Shown one piece after another: positions 30,598 through 38,470 of a stretch of DNA of 48,603 nucleotides; the stretch's first letter is position 1; each line of letters starts with the position of its first letter. Source of the stretch: Gemmatimonadota bacterium (GTDB taxonomy: Bacteria; Gemmatimonadota; Gemmatimonadetes; Gemmatimonadales; GWC2-71-9); contig JBDHKN010000024.1 in assembly GCA_039586365.1 (NCBI GenBank), positions 1 through 48,603 on the forward strand. The letters are read 5' to 3'. The notes under the pieces are model-generated. The model was not told where the DNA came from and searched no databases. It saw only the letters and a program-made list of their open reading frames with translations. A program made the position numbers and the translations under genes.

Positions 30598-31869
30598 ATG
30601 AAAGAATATAGGCAGCGCGACATAAATGGTAAGCAGCTCAAGCCCGAGAGCCTCATGATGAGTTACGGGTATGACTCGAGGCTCTCTGAGGGGGCGGTGA
30701 AATGCCCGATTTTCCAGACTTCTACCTTCGCCTTCGAGTCCGCCGAGGCTGGTAAAGCATTCTTCGAACTCGCCTACGGACTGCGCGAGAAAGGCCCGAC
30801 CGAGCAGATCGGTCTGATCTACAGCCGGCTCAACAATCCTGATCTCGAGATTCTCGAGGACCGACTGACTTTGTGGGATGAGGCGGAAGCTGCGGCGGTG
30901 TTCGAGAGCGGGATGGCGGCGATCGCCACCACGCTGCTCACTTATGCTAGGCCCGGAGACGCCATCATAGTGAGTGAGCCACTTTACGGCGGGACCGAGC
31001 ATCTGATACATCACGTGTTGCCGGAGTTCGGAATAACTCCCGTGTGTTTCCCGGCCGGAGTTCCCCTCGCTGAGGTTGCAGCCAACGTGCGGAAGAAGGT
31101 GGGAGACAAGCGCGTTAGCGCTGCGCTCATAGAGACTCCCTCCAACCCGACAAACGCATTGGTGGACATCAGGGCTACTGCGGATCTGGTACATTCCTTC
31201 GGGTCCGGTGATCATGAGCCGCCGCTCATCGTAGACAACACGTTTCTTGGTCCGGTGTGGCAGCACCCGCTGCAACACGGTGCAGACATGGTACTGTATT
31301 CGGCGACCAAGTTCATCGGCGGTCACAGCGATGTAGTAGCTGGGGCAACACTCGGGAGTCACGCAAGGCTAGCCGATGTCAAGATGCTCCGTACGGTGTT
31401 CGGCAGCATGGCGGGTCCGTGGACTGGCTGGCTGCTCATGCGAAGTCTCGAGACACTCAAGATGCGCATGACCGCCATGATGAAGAACGCGCAGTACGTG
31501 GCCAGTTTCCTAGCAGACCATCCCGCGGTGCACGGAGTACATTACCTCGGGCTCATGCCTGAAGACGATCCGATGTACGAAGTCTACCGCCGCCAGTGCC
31601 TGTCTCCCGGCTCCCTCATAGCGTTTGATCTGGGGACCGAAGAAGCGGCTTTTCGGTTCTTGAACTCGCTACTCCTGGCCAAGTTGGCGGTGAGTCTCGG
31701 CGGAACCGAGTCGCTGGCCCAACACCCGGGAAGAATGACGCATTCGGATGTAGAGCCGGCCGATCAGATAAAGATGGGGATAACTGCCGGTTTAGTCCGT
31801 CTCTCAGTGGGTGTCGAGCACTACGAGGATCTCATTGCTGATTTGGAGCAGGCGCTGGACAAGGTATGA
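30598..31869 (+). CDS. Cys/Met metabolism PLP enzyme (methionine gamma-lyase / cystathionine gamma-synthase family)
   Basis: 'PIFQTSTF', 'YSRLNNP', 'SGMAAI', 'ETPSNP', 'VDNTF', PLP lysine in 'SATKFIGGH' and 'AVSLGGTESL'. Confidence 0.92.
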   Translation: MKEYRQRDINGKQLKPESLMMSYGYDSRLSEGAVKCPIFQTSTFAFESAEAGKAFFELAYGLREKGPTEQIGLIYSRLNNPDLEILEDRLTLWDEAEAAAVFESGMAAIATTLLTYARPGDAIIVSEPLYGGTEHLIHHVLPEFGITPVCFPAGVPLAEVAANVRKKVGDKRVSAALIETPSNPTNALVDIRATADLVHSFGSGDHEPPLIVDNTFLGPVWQHPLQHGADMVLYSATKFIGGHSDVVAGATLGSHARLADVKMLRTVFGSMAGPWTGWLLMRSLETLKMRMTAMMKNAQYVASFLADHPAVHGVHYLGLMPEDDPMYEVYRRQCLSPGSLIAFDLGTEEAAFRFLNSLLLAKLAVSLGGTESLAQHPGRMTHSDVEPADQIKMGITAGLVRLSVGVEHYEDLIADLEQALDKV

Positions 31870-31871
31870 GT

Positions 31872-31946
31872 AAAGGGCGGACAAGGGTGGTGAATGCGGT
31901 AAAGGACGGTAGGAAATGGTGGAAGACGGTGGGGGATGGTGAAGGC
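31872..31946 (+). repeat. Degenerate tandem 10-bp purine-rich repeat (~7 copies)
   Basis: Cores GGCGGA, GGTGGT, TGCGGT, GACGGT, AATGGT, GACGGT and GATGGT recur with a ~10-nt period. Confidence 0.6.
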
Positions 31947-31951
31947 GAACC

Positions 31952-31980
31952 CTGAACCCCGGCGGAGCGCCGGGGTTCAG
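31952..31980. repeat. Perfect 13-bp GC-rich hairpin (REP-like or bidirectional terminator)
   Basis: CTGAACCCCGGCG-gag-CGCCGGGGTTCAG between convergent genes. Confidence 0.65.
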
Positions 31981-32008
31981 CACCGACCTGCGGTACCTCC
32001 TCAGAATG

Positions 32009-33805
32009 CTATTGCCTACGACCCGTCGCAGATGATGTAACCAGTGCGGGATCTTGCTTGCGCTGCATGACAATGCCTGGCTCCGCGTGGGCGCGACGGA
32101 GTGCCTCAGCCCGCAGCAGGTATAGCGGTTGCGTGACATCTACCTTGGCGACCCCAGCTAACAGCAGCGTATTTGAGGTGTCGTAGAACAAGGCGAAATC
32201 TTGCGGACCCGGGTCGATCACCGATGCGCATCCCATATCCAGGTCGGTTAGGCCGTCCATTATCTGATGTTCCTGACGGAGACTCGATCCCGGCAGGGTG
32301 ATGCGGCCGCAATCAACTGCGCCTCCAGTATTCGTCATCTGCGCACCCATATCAATCAGGAACTGGTTCTCCGTCGGTATTCCGGTGCCGTAGAATCCGT
32401 CATGTTCCCCGACGAATACGATGCGTCCCCCATCGGCCGAGAACTGCTTGAGTACGTCGATCTCCGGGTCGGTGAATTGGTCGATCGGCAACATCAAGAA
32501 GATGACCTTCACGTCGTTCGGTATGCTGGTGATGGAGCCGGTCACTGAGTTGTCGTCCACAATCGTCATGCCCACGGAGTCGGCAATGATACTGCGCATG
32601 ATTGACAGACTGGCATCGCCGCATGCCCCACCGCACGAGGAACTCCTGCCTCGATCGAAGATGACTGTGGTACCGTCATTGCGTGGCCCTGGTGTGTCGA
32701 AGTTGACGAGATTCCGAATGAAAAGGCGATTGTTCGGGTTCGCCATCGCGGGGTCGTCGAAGATATTGATGTCGTTGAATACGACCACGTCACGGCCCGC
32801 CGTGGGTGCCGCTTCACCTGTGGCGCTCAGCATCGCCTGGAGGCCAGCGGCGGCGGCGATCCCGGTCTGCGGTCCGAGTTCGGGCCCGAGGGTCCACAAT
32901 GTCGCGACCAGGCCGAAAGTATCGCTGATCGCGGCAGCGGGTGAGAAGGAACCACCGTCTTCAGTGCTGAACTCAACCAATATCCCGGGCACTCCCAACT
33001 CATCGGGTCCCACTACTTGAATCACAACGGGGAAGTCGAGCCTCGTCCCAACCAGGGCTGACTGATTGTTGCCTGAGACGACCAGCAATGCGGTCGCTTG
33101 GGCACCCACACCGATCGTGATGGTGTCCGCCTGACCGGTCAGCAGGGTGGCGACAATCCGGGCCGGCCCTCGTTCAGGCCCGCCGATCACGCGGCCGGTG
33201 CGGGGGTCCGGTACCTGAGCGCGCTGGGGATCCAGCGACGACCAGGCGATCGGCGTACCCGGTATTGGCGCGCCCGCACTATCGAGAGCCACCGCAGTGA
33301 TGACAACTGTGTCACCCAGAGCGACTCCCACGTTCTCACTGGTGATTTGCACCGCTGCTGCATTGGCACCGATGCCCACGTATATGAAGTTGATCTCTAT
33401 GGGGAGGGGCTCGGTCTGGCTACTGCCAGTCGCGGCTGTAACCGTGAAGGGCCCGGCTTCGAACGCGGCGTCTCCCGCCGCCGTTATCAGGGTCAGGGTC
33501 AACAAGAACTGTTCTGAATCCGACTGGAGGGTCACCTGCAGCGTGATATCCAGTGACTCGGCTCCGGGCGCGACCTGGACTATAGTGTCCACAGCCGTGC
33601 TCTCGTCCTTGAGACGTACCAGGACTACCCGCACTCGATCGATGTCTACGATGCCGGCCGTGGCGGCAGGGTAAGCTGGCGCCAACGTAAAAGATGTCAG
33701 TGGCAGCGCTGGGCCAGAGGAATCGACCAGGCAGCTGGTCGCGAAGAGAGCTGACAACAGTGCAAACGGCAACAAAGAGCCGAGACTGCGTGAGGGTCTG
33801 GGCAT
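32009..33805 (-). CDS. Surface lipoprotein: Ig-like stalk plus C-terminal class I GATase-like (GIFT/DUF4350-type) domain
   Basis: Lipobox FATSC. Ig-like repeats ('VVSGNNQSALVG', 'WTLGPELGPQ'). C-terminal 'LPIDQFTDPEIDVLKQFSADGGRIVFVGEH'. Start set by alignment with its paralog. Confidence 0.75.
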   Translation of the reverse strand: MPRPSRSLGSLLPFALLSALFATSCLVDSSGPALPLTSFTLAPAYPAATAGIVDIDRVRVVLVRLKDESTAVDTIVQVAPGAESLDITLQVTLQSDSEQFLLTLTLITAAGDAAFEAGPFTVTAATGSSQTEPLPIEINFIYVGIGANAAAVQITSENVGVALGDTVVITAVALDSAGAPIPGTPIAWSSLDPQRAQVPDPRTGRVIGGPERGPARIVATLLTGQADTITIGVGAQATALLVVSGNNQSALVGTRLDFPVVIQVVGPDELGVPGILVEFSTEDGGSFSPAAAISDTFGLVATLWTLGPELGPQTGIAAAAGLQAMLSATGEAAPTAGRDVVVFNDINIFDDPAMANPNNRLFIRNLVNFDTPGPRNDGTTVIFDRGRSSSCGGACGDASLSIMRSIIADSVGMTIVDDNSVTGSITSIPNDVKVIFLMLPIDQFTDPEIDVLKQFSADGGRIVFVGEHDGFYGTGIPTENQFLIDMGAQMTNTGGAVDCGRITLPGSSLRQEHQIMDGLTDLDMGCASVIDPGPQDFALFYDTSNTLLLAGVAKVDVTQPLYLLRAEALRRAHAEPGIVMQRKQDPALVTSSATGRRQ

Positions 33806-33875
33806 CGGTCGGGTCCCCTGGCGGAGGTCCTGCGTTGTCGGGCCGTCAAGCAACGACCGTTCGTAGCGCATCGTC

Positions 33876-33910
33876 AATGTGATTATCGGTTCTTCAAGCG
33901 GCAAGGATCG
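33876..33910 (-). promoter_or_regulatory. Putative sigma70-type promoter (copy 2)
   Basis: Minus strand CGATCC-TTGCCG-N17-CACATT, conserved with the copy upstream of the paralog. Confidence 0.55.
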
Positions 33911-34061
33911 GACCTGTTTGTCGCGAATACGGCGAAGACCGCAGACAGGTGGAGTGGCAGGCTGATGAGAGTCCCAAGAGTGGCACGCAAGCAGCAGATG
34001 ATGAAACCGTCCAACGCTTGCTGGTGGTCCTGGGCGACTGTGCTATTTGGCGGTGACTACG

Positions 34062-34090
34062 GAGAAACCCCAGGTTATCCGCCCGGGGTT
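34062..34090 (-). terminator. Probable terminator of the 1392-aa lipoprotein gene
   Basis: Minus strand AACCCCGGG-cggataa-CCTGGGGTT (one G-U pair) followed by TCT, 30 bp after the stop codon. Confidence 0.5.
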
Positions 34091-34120
34091 GGCTGTGGCT
34101 CACCTTCGCCGTCTCGCCTT

Positions 34121-37100
34121 CTACGGCCTCCAGTTCGGTTGATACTCCCGCAACCAGGGCCCAACGTTGTTGCGGTCACGTCCTACTAGGACACGCACGG
34201 ACCGGTAGTTCGCTACCGTAACGGTGCTCGGCACGACATAGGCCCGCCACCATCCCGTTGCGTCGTCAAAGCCGATTAGTGCGATCTGGCTGCCGTCTGG
34301 AGACCAATCATAACCTACTTGTTCGTACGGTATCTCCTCGCAGTAGAAATTGTCATCGGTGATCTGTCGTTCCAGGCTGCCGTCGGTGTTGTTGATATCC
34401 ACTATCCAGTAGTTGTAGAAGCAGTTGTCATCACGACCGAACAGCACTTCGGTCCCGTCCGGTGAGAACAGGGGGGTGTCGTCGTATCCCTGTAGGAAGG
34501 TGAGCTGTCTGAGCCCCGTGCCGTTGGAGTTGACGACGTAGAGCTTCGTCCAGGGGGACGACCGATCGTAGGCCGAGAACACGATGGTGCTCCCATCCGG
34601 CGATAGATCCATGGCTTCCACGCGGAGCTCACCATTACCTACGTTCATTACCCCGGGTGTTATTGTGGTGAGGTTACCACCGTCATAGTCAGCGGAAAAG
34701 AACCTGCTGACAGCTGGACTGACCCCGTCAGTGGAATCCCGCGCGAACACATAGCGACTCTGGTTCACGGGATCCCACGCGGCTGCGGTCGGACCGGCTC
34801 GCCACGCGGCAGGAAGAGATGCTGAAGCCACGATGTAACCGTTTTGCGGTATCGACGATATCGCACCCGTGACGTCCGGCAACGCGCAGAAGTCATTGAC
34901 TCCTGCGACAGCCGCGACACACACGAATCCAAGGTGTTGGCTGTTGTGGCTCCAACGGGGGTAGCCGCTGTTGATGTTGTTGACTACTTCGGTCAAGTCT
35001 CCCCCCGCCGCAGTGACCATGTACAAGTTGCTGGTTGCGCCAGAGGCGTCATGGGAGAAGGCGACACGTTGCCGATCCGGTGACCAGCGGGGCGTGATGA
35101 TATAGCTGGTGGGTACACCTGTGTCTGCAACGCGTGACAGGCCACCGCCATCCGCGCTCACTGAGACCACGGCCAGGTCTAGGCCACCGCCCGAATCACT
35201 GAAGAAGACGATCTGCTCTGTCGGCGCTGGGCTCGCGTCGGTGACAACGAGATCCAACGACGTTGCGTTCCACACCAGATCAAGGGCTAATCCGCCACCC
35301 AGATCGATCCCTGTAGTATCGGCGAACTCTCCGGACCGCGACGTGAAGGTCAATACTCGGAAAGTGTTTCCGATCGCAGGCGTGAACCCATTGATGAGGG
35401 TCACGTTCAGGGTGCCGTCAATGGATATGGCACCGCTGACGTTCAACTGATCGTACTCGGTGCCGACGTTGAGTCCACCCAGCTCGATATTCGCCGCGGT
35501 CAGCGAGCTCATCACAACGTCACCGGCGATATTCACAATTCCCGGCGACGTTCCAGGATTGACCCGGCCGTCGAACGTCGGAACGTTGGCGGCTGTCAAA
35601 TCGAGAGTGCCATTGCCTTGAATGATTCCGGTCGACTGGTGGGTGAACTGCCCCGTCAACGCGAGAATGCCACCGGCTTGGCCATCCAGGTCCAGCGTTC
35701 CGGTATTACCGAGGGCTAGGCCGAAGGAGCCCACTCCTGTGTTCGAGTACAAGAATGTTCCCGCATTCTGGAATGAGCCGGTGCCGCCGAACGTGTCGCC
35801 AGCCTGCATCTCGAACATGGCGCCACCCAAGTTGTTGAGCTGAGCCCCATTCGTTGCCGTTACATTTCCACTCTCCCAGACGATCGTGCCGGCGTTGTCG
35901 ATAGTCCGCTGGTCCAGGGCCTTGCTACCTCCGAGCATCCACATCACGCCAGTGTCGGCGATTCTCGTGACGCCCGCTCCTTGAAGGATCCCTCCGCGCC
36001 AAATGATAGAGTCGGTCACGACAATTGTACCTGTCCCACCCAGGGATCCGCTGCTCAGGTCCAGGCGCCGTATTGTCGCCGCGTTGCCGCCGTCGAACGT
36101 CACGGTTCCACCGGATATGTCGGTGCTCGATCCCGCTCCAGACTGATCGTAGGAGCCGGCAACAGCCGTAGTCCCACTCGGGAAACGCACGCGGCCGTTC
36201 GTGCCGACCTGCAGCGTGGTGCCAGCATCGAGCGTGTGAGCGCCGTCCTGGAATGAGATGGTGGGTGAACCGGATGCGGCTCCGACCGTGATTGCTGCAC
36301 CGGAATGAGTCGTGGCGCCTCGGAGGTCCAGGGACCCACTTGTGACGTTGATGGTGCCGTTGTTGTCCACCGGAATGTAGATGGTGGTGACCATGTCTGA
36401 TTGGATCAGGGAGCCGTTGTTCACGATTCGGGGCTCAGTCCCAGTACCGCCCCAATCGATGACGAAGTCAGACTGCATGTTCATCACGCCGTTGTTGGTT
36501 ATCTGGGCGCCGTCGTCCATCACGATGTCGCCACCCATCCAAAGCAGATCTCCAACATTCTGGATGGTTCGCCCATCCAGGACGACCTGATTGCCGGCGT
36601 TGATGTTCAACAATCCTGCACTGGACACGCTAAGGAGACCGGTACCCGCAACGGTGCCACCTCCCCAGCTGAGAATACCATCGATCACTACGTCTCCCGG
36701 GCCGGTCAGTGTGGCTCCGCTGCCCAGTTGCAGTTCCCCGAACGTTCCGACAGTTGCCGAACTGTCGATCGCAAGGGTCTGTCCTGATGCAATGGCTAGC
36801 GGGACCTCTAGGAACAGGAATGCGACTGTCACGTCGACATCCACGCTGACCATGTAGTCGCCCTGCAGCGTGATGAATGCAGTATCTGTCGGCGCCGGCA
36901 CTCGGCCCAGGTCCCAGTTGTTGGGGTTGCTCCAGTTGCTATCACCACCGGCACCAGTCCAACTTATCCCTCCTTGGGCTGGCGCTGCGGTGATGTTGAA
37001 TGCGGCACTCGTCGACGGTGTGTAGCCCAAGGCCGTTGCCTGTAACGTGTATCCGACGCCGGCTAGGTCGATCGACATATCGTCGAACAGCGCAACCCCT

Positions 37101-38299
37101 GAGACCGCCGCAACAGTCGTCGTGCCCGAGAGTGTCCCGTCCCCCGGATTGTTGGCCACGGCCAGGGTGACGTCGCCGGTAAAGTTCACATCTACGCTGC
37201 CAAGATCGTCGAAGGCTGTTACCTCGACGGCAGGTGTGATCACTTGCCCCTGTTCCGCATTGCTCGGTTGAACCGTGAAGCCCAGTCGAGGTTCACCGGG
37301 AACGACAGCTGTGGCGGTGAAGGCAACTTGGACACCGGACACGTCAATCACAGTCGCCGTTGCGGACTGAGCTCCTTCGGTTGGCCCCAGTGTCCAAGTC
37401 GTCGACGCCAAGCCCTCGCTATCAGTGGCAACTGATGCCTGGCCGAACGAGCCCCCGTCCGGGGTTGCGAACTCGACAGTAACGTCAGCTACTGGTCCGT
37501 CCACGGCCCTTACCTCGACGACCAAGGGCTGTGATAGCTCGACGTCTACCGAACCGGTCTGGCCGTCACCCGATACCACCGCAATCACACTTGGCACCGG
37601 TTCGACGAACACGTCGGCCAGGGCAGATTGCCCCGTCAGTAACTGGGCCTCGACGTGCACCCAGCCGCGTTCCGAGCCGCCCACTATCCGTCCTACCGCG
37701 GGGTCGGGAACCGACACACGATCGGGATCTTCCGAGATCCACTTGATTGGGGTGCCTGGTATCACCGCGCCGGAACTGTCCAATGCCTGCGCTTCGAGCG
37801 TGACGGTCTCACCAAACTCGATGTAGATCAGCGACGTAACCATCTCCACCGCCGCCGCAAGGTAGCCAACCCCCACATACACGATCGGTACTTCGACGGT
37901 TACGAGTTCGGAATCTGTAGACGTCGTGGCGGTCACCTCGAGCGGCCCACCCACGAACACGACCTCGCCAGCCGAGTTGAGGCACTCAATCGTGAGATAG
38001 AACGCCTCCTCCGCCCCGTGTACCGCTACGGAGAGTGTGAGATCGACGGTCTGACTCTCGGGGTCCACGGCTATTGTGTCGTCGAGTGCCACCGTTTCGT
38101 CGGCCACCCGAGTGAGAATGACGTGCACACGGTCTATTGGGACGATTCCGGCAGCACTGCTCTCGAACGCCGGTGCGAGCGCCAGATAGCCGGTCTTCAT
38201 CGAGGGTCCGGAAGAATCCAGCAAGCAGCTCATCGCGAAGACCGTCGCTAGGAGAGCTATCGGAGCGAGGAGGCCAAAGTGTCGGACTGGCCTGGGCAT
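34121..38299 (-). CDS. Large surface lipoprotein: Ig-like domains, beta-helix passenger-like repeats, TolB/PD40 beta-propeller
   Basis: Lipobox FAMSC and three Ig-like modules. 'WTGAGGDSNWSNPNNW' precedes G/N/T-rich repeats and 'EYDQLNVSG'. PD40-like repeats PRWSPD, DLSPDG, PLFSPDG, DWSPDG. Confidence 0.8.
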   Translation of the reverse strand: MPRPVRHFGLLAPIALLATVFAMSCLLDSSGPSMKTGYLALAPAFESSAAGIVPIDRVHVILTRVADETVALDDTIAVDPESQTVDLTLSVAVHGAEEAFYLTIECLNSAGEVVFVGGPLEVTATTSTDSELVTVEVPIVYVGVGYLAAAVEMVTSLIYIEFGETVTLEAQALDSSGAVIPGTPIKWISEDPDRVSVPDPAVGRIVGGSERGWVHVEAQLLTGQSALADVFVEPVPSVIAVVSGDGQTGSVDVELSQPLVVEVRAVDGPVADVTVEFATPDGGSFGQASVATDSEGLASTTWTLGPTEGAQSATATVIDVSGVQVAFTATAVVPGEPRLGFTVQPSNAEQGQVITPAVEVTAFDDLGSVDVNFTGDVTLAVANNPGDGTLSGTTTVAAVSGVALFDDMSIDLAGVGYTLQATALGYTPSTSAAFNITAAPAQGGISWTGAGGDSNWSNPNNWDLGRVPAPTDTAFITLQGDYMVSVDVDVTVAFLFLEVPLAIASGQTLAIDSSATVGTFGELQLGSGATLTGPGDVVIDGILSWGGGTVAGTGLLSVSSAGLLNINAGNQVVLDGRTIQNVGDLLWMGGDIVMDDGAQITNNGVMNMQSDFVIDWGGTGTEPRIVNNGSLIQSDMVTTIYIPVDNNGTINVTSGSLDLRGATTHSGAAITVGAASGSPTISFQDGAHTLDAGTTLQVGTNGRVRFPSGTTAVAGSYDQSGAGSSTDISGGTVTFDGGNAATIRRLDLSSGSLGGTGTIVVTDSIIWRGGILQGAGVTRIADTGVMWMLGGSKALDQRTIDNAGTIVWESGNVTATNGAQLNNLGGAMFEMQAGDTFGGTGSFQNAGTFLYSNTGVGSFGLALGNTGTLDLDGQAGGILALTGQFTHQSTGIIQGNGTLDLTAANVPTFDGRVNPGTSPGIVNIAGDVVMSSLTAANIELGGLNVGTEYDQLNVSGAISIDGTLNVTLINGFTPAIGNTFRVLTFTSRSGEFADTTGIDLGGGLALDLVWNATSLDLVVTDASPAPTEQIVFFSDSGGGLDLAVVSVSADGGGLSRVADTGVPTSYIITPRWSPDRQRVAFSHDASGATSNLYMVTAAGGDLTEVVNNINSGYPRWSHNSQHLGFVCVAAVAGVNDFCALPDVTGAISSIPQNGYIVASASLPAAWRAGPTAAAWDPVNQSRYVFARDSTDGVSPAVSRFFSADYDGGNLTTITPGVMNVGNGELRVEAMDLSPDGSTIVFSAYDRSSPWTKLYVVNSNGTGLRQLTFLQGYDDTPLFSPDGTEVLFGRDDNCFYNYWIVDINNTDGSLERQITDDNFYCEEIPYEQVGYDWSPDGSQIALIGFDDATGWWRAYVVPSTVTVANYRSVRVLVGRDRNNVGPWLREYQPNWRP

Positions 38300-38367
38300 G
38301 AGTCGGTGTCCGCGTAGGAGTCTAGAGTGTCAAACAACGATAGCGGTGTAGCCTGTGGCGCCTTGGT

Positions 38368-38402
38368 AATGTGCTCGTGCCTCGGTGACGCCGCAAGGAT
38401 CG
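38368..38402 (-). promoter_or_regulatory. Putative sigma70-type promoter (copy 1)
   Basis: Minus strand CGATCC-TTGCGG-N17-CACATT, 69 bp upstream of the ATG. Confidence 0.55.
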
Positions 38403-38414
38403 CGTGGAGGCACG

Positions 38415-38443
38415 AAAAAGCCCCGGGCTGGGAGCCCGGGGCT
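38415..38443 (-). terminator. Rho-independent terminator of the acyl-CoA dehydrogenase gene
   Basis: Minus strand AGCCCCGGGCT-ccc-AGCCCGGGGCT followed by TTTT, 28 bp after the stop codon. Confidence 0.8.
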
Positions 38444-38470
38444 ACTACTCCGCAATTGCCGTGCAGTCGG

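Noticed and set aside
31872..31980. Repeat arrays as a CRISPR array or IS end
   Set aside because: Units are 7-10 bp with no spacers, and there is no cas or transposase gene or target-site duplication in the window.
33980..33996. GG-N10-GC motif TGGCACGCAAGCAGC on the plus strand
   Set aside because: Poor -12 element, and it points antisense into a gene with nothing downstream to transcribe.
33955..34040. Hammerhead-ribozyme-like core (CTGATGAG ... GAAAC ... GTC) in the intergenic region
   Set aside because: Only stem III pairs plausibly. Stem II does not form and stem I fails after two pairs. A cmsearch against Rfam hammerhead models would settle it.
32009..38299. Diversity-generating retroelement or invertase shufflon behind the variable C-termini
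   Set aside because: There is no reverse transcriptase, recombinase, near-identical template/variable repeat pair or silent cassette in the window.
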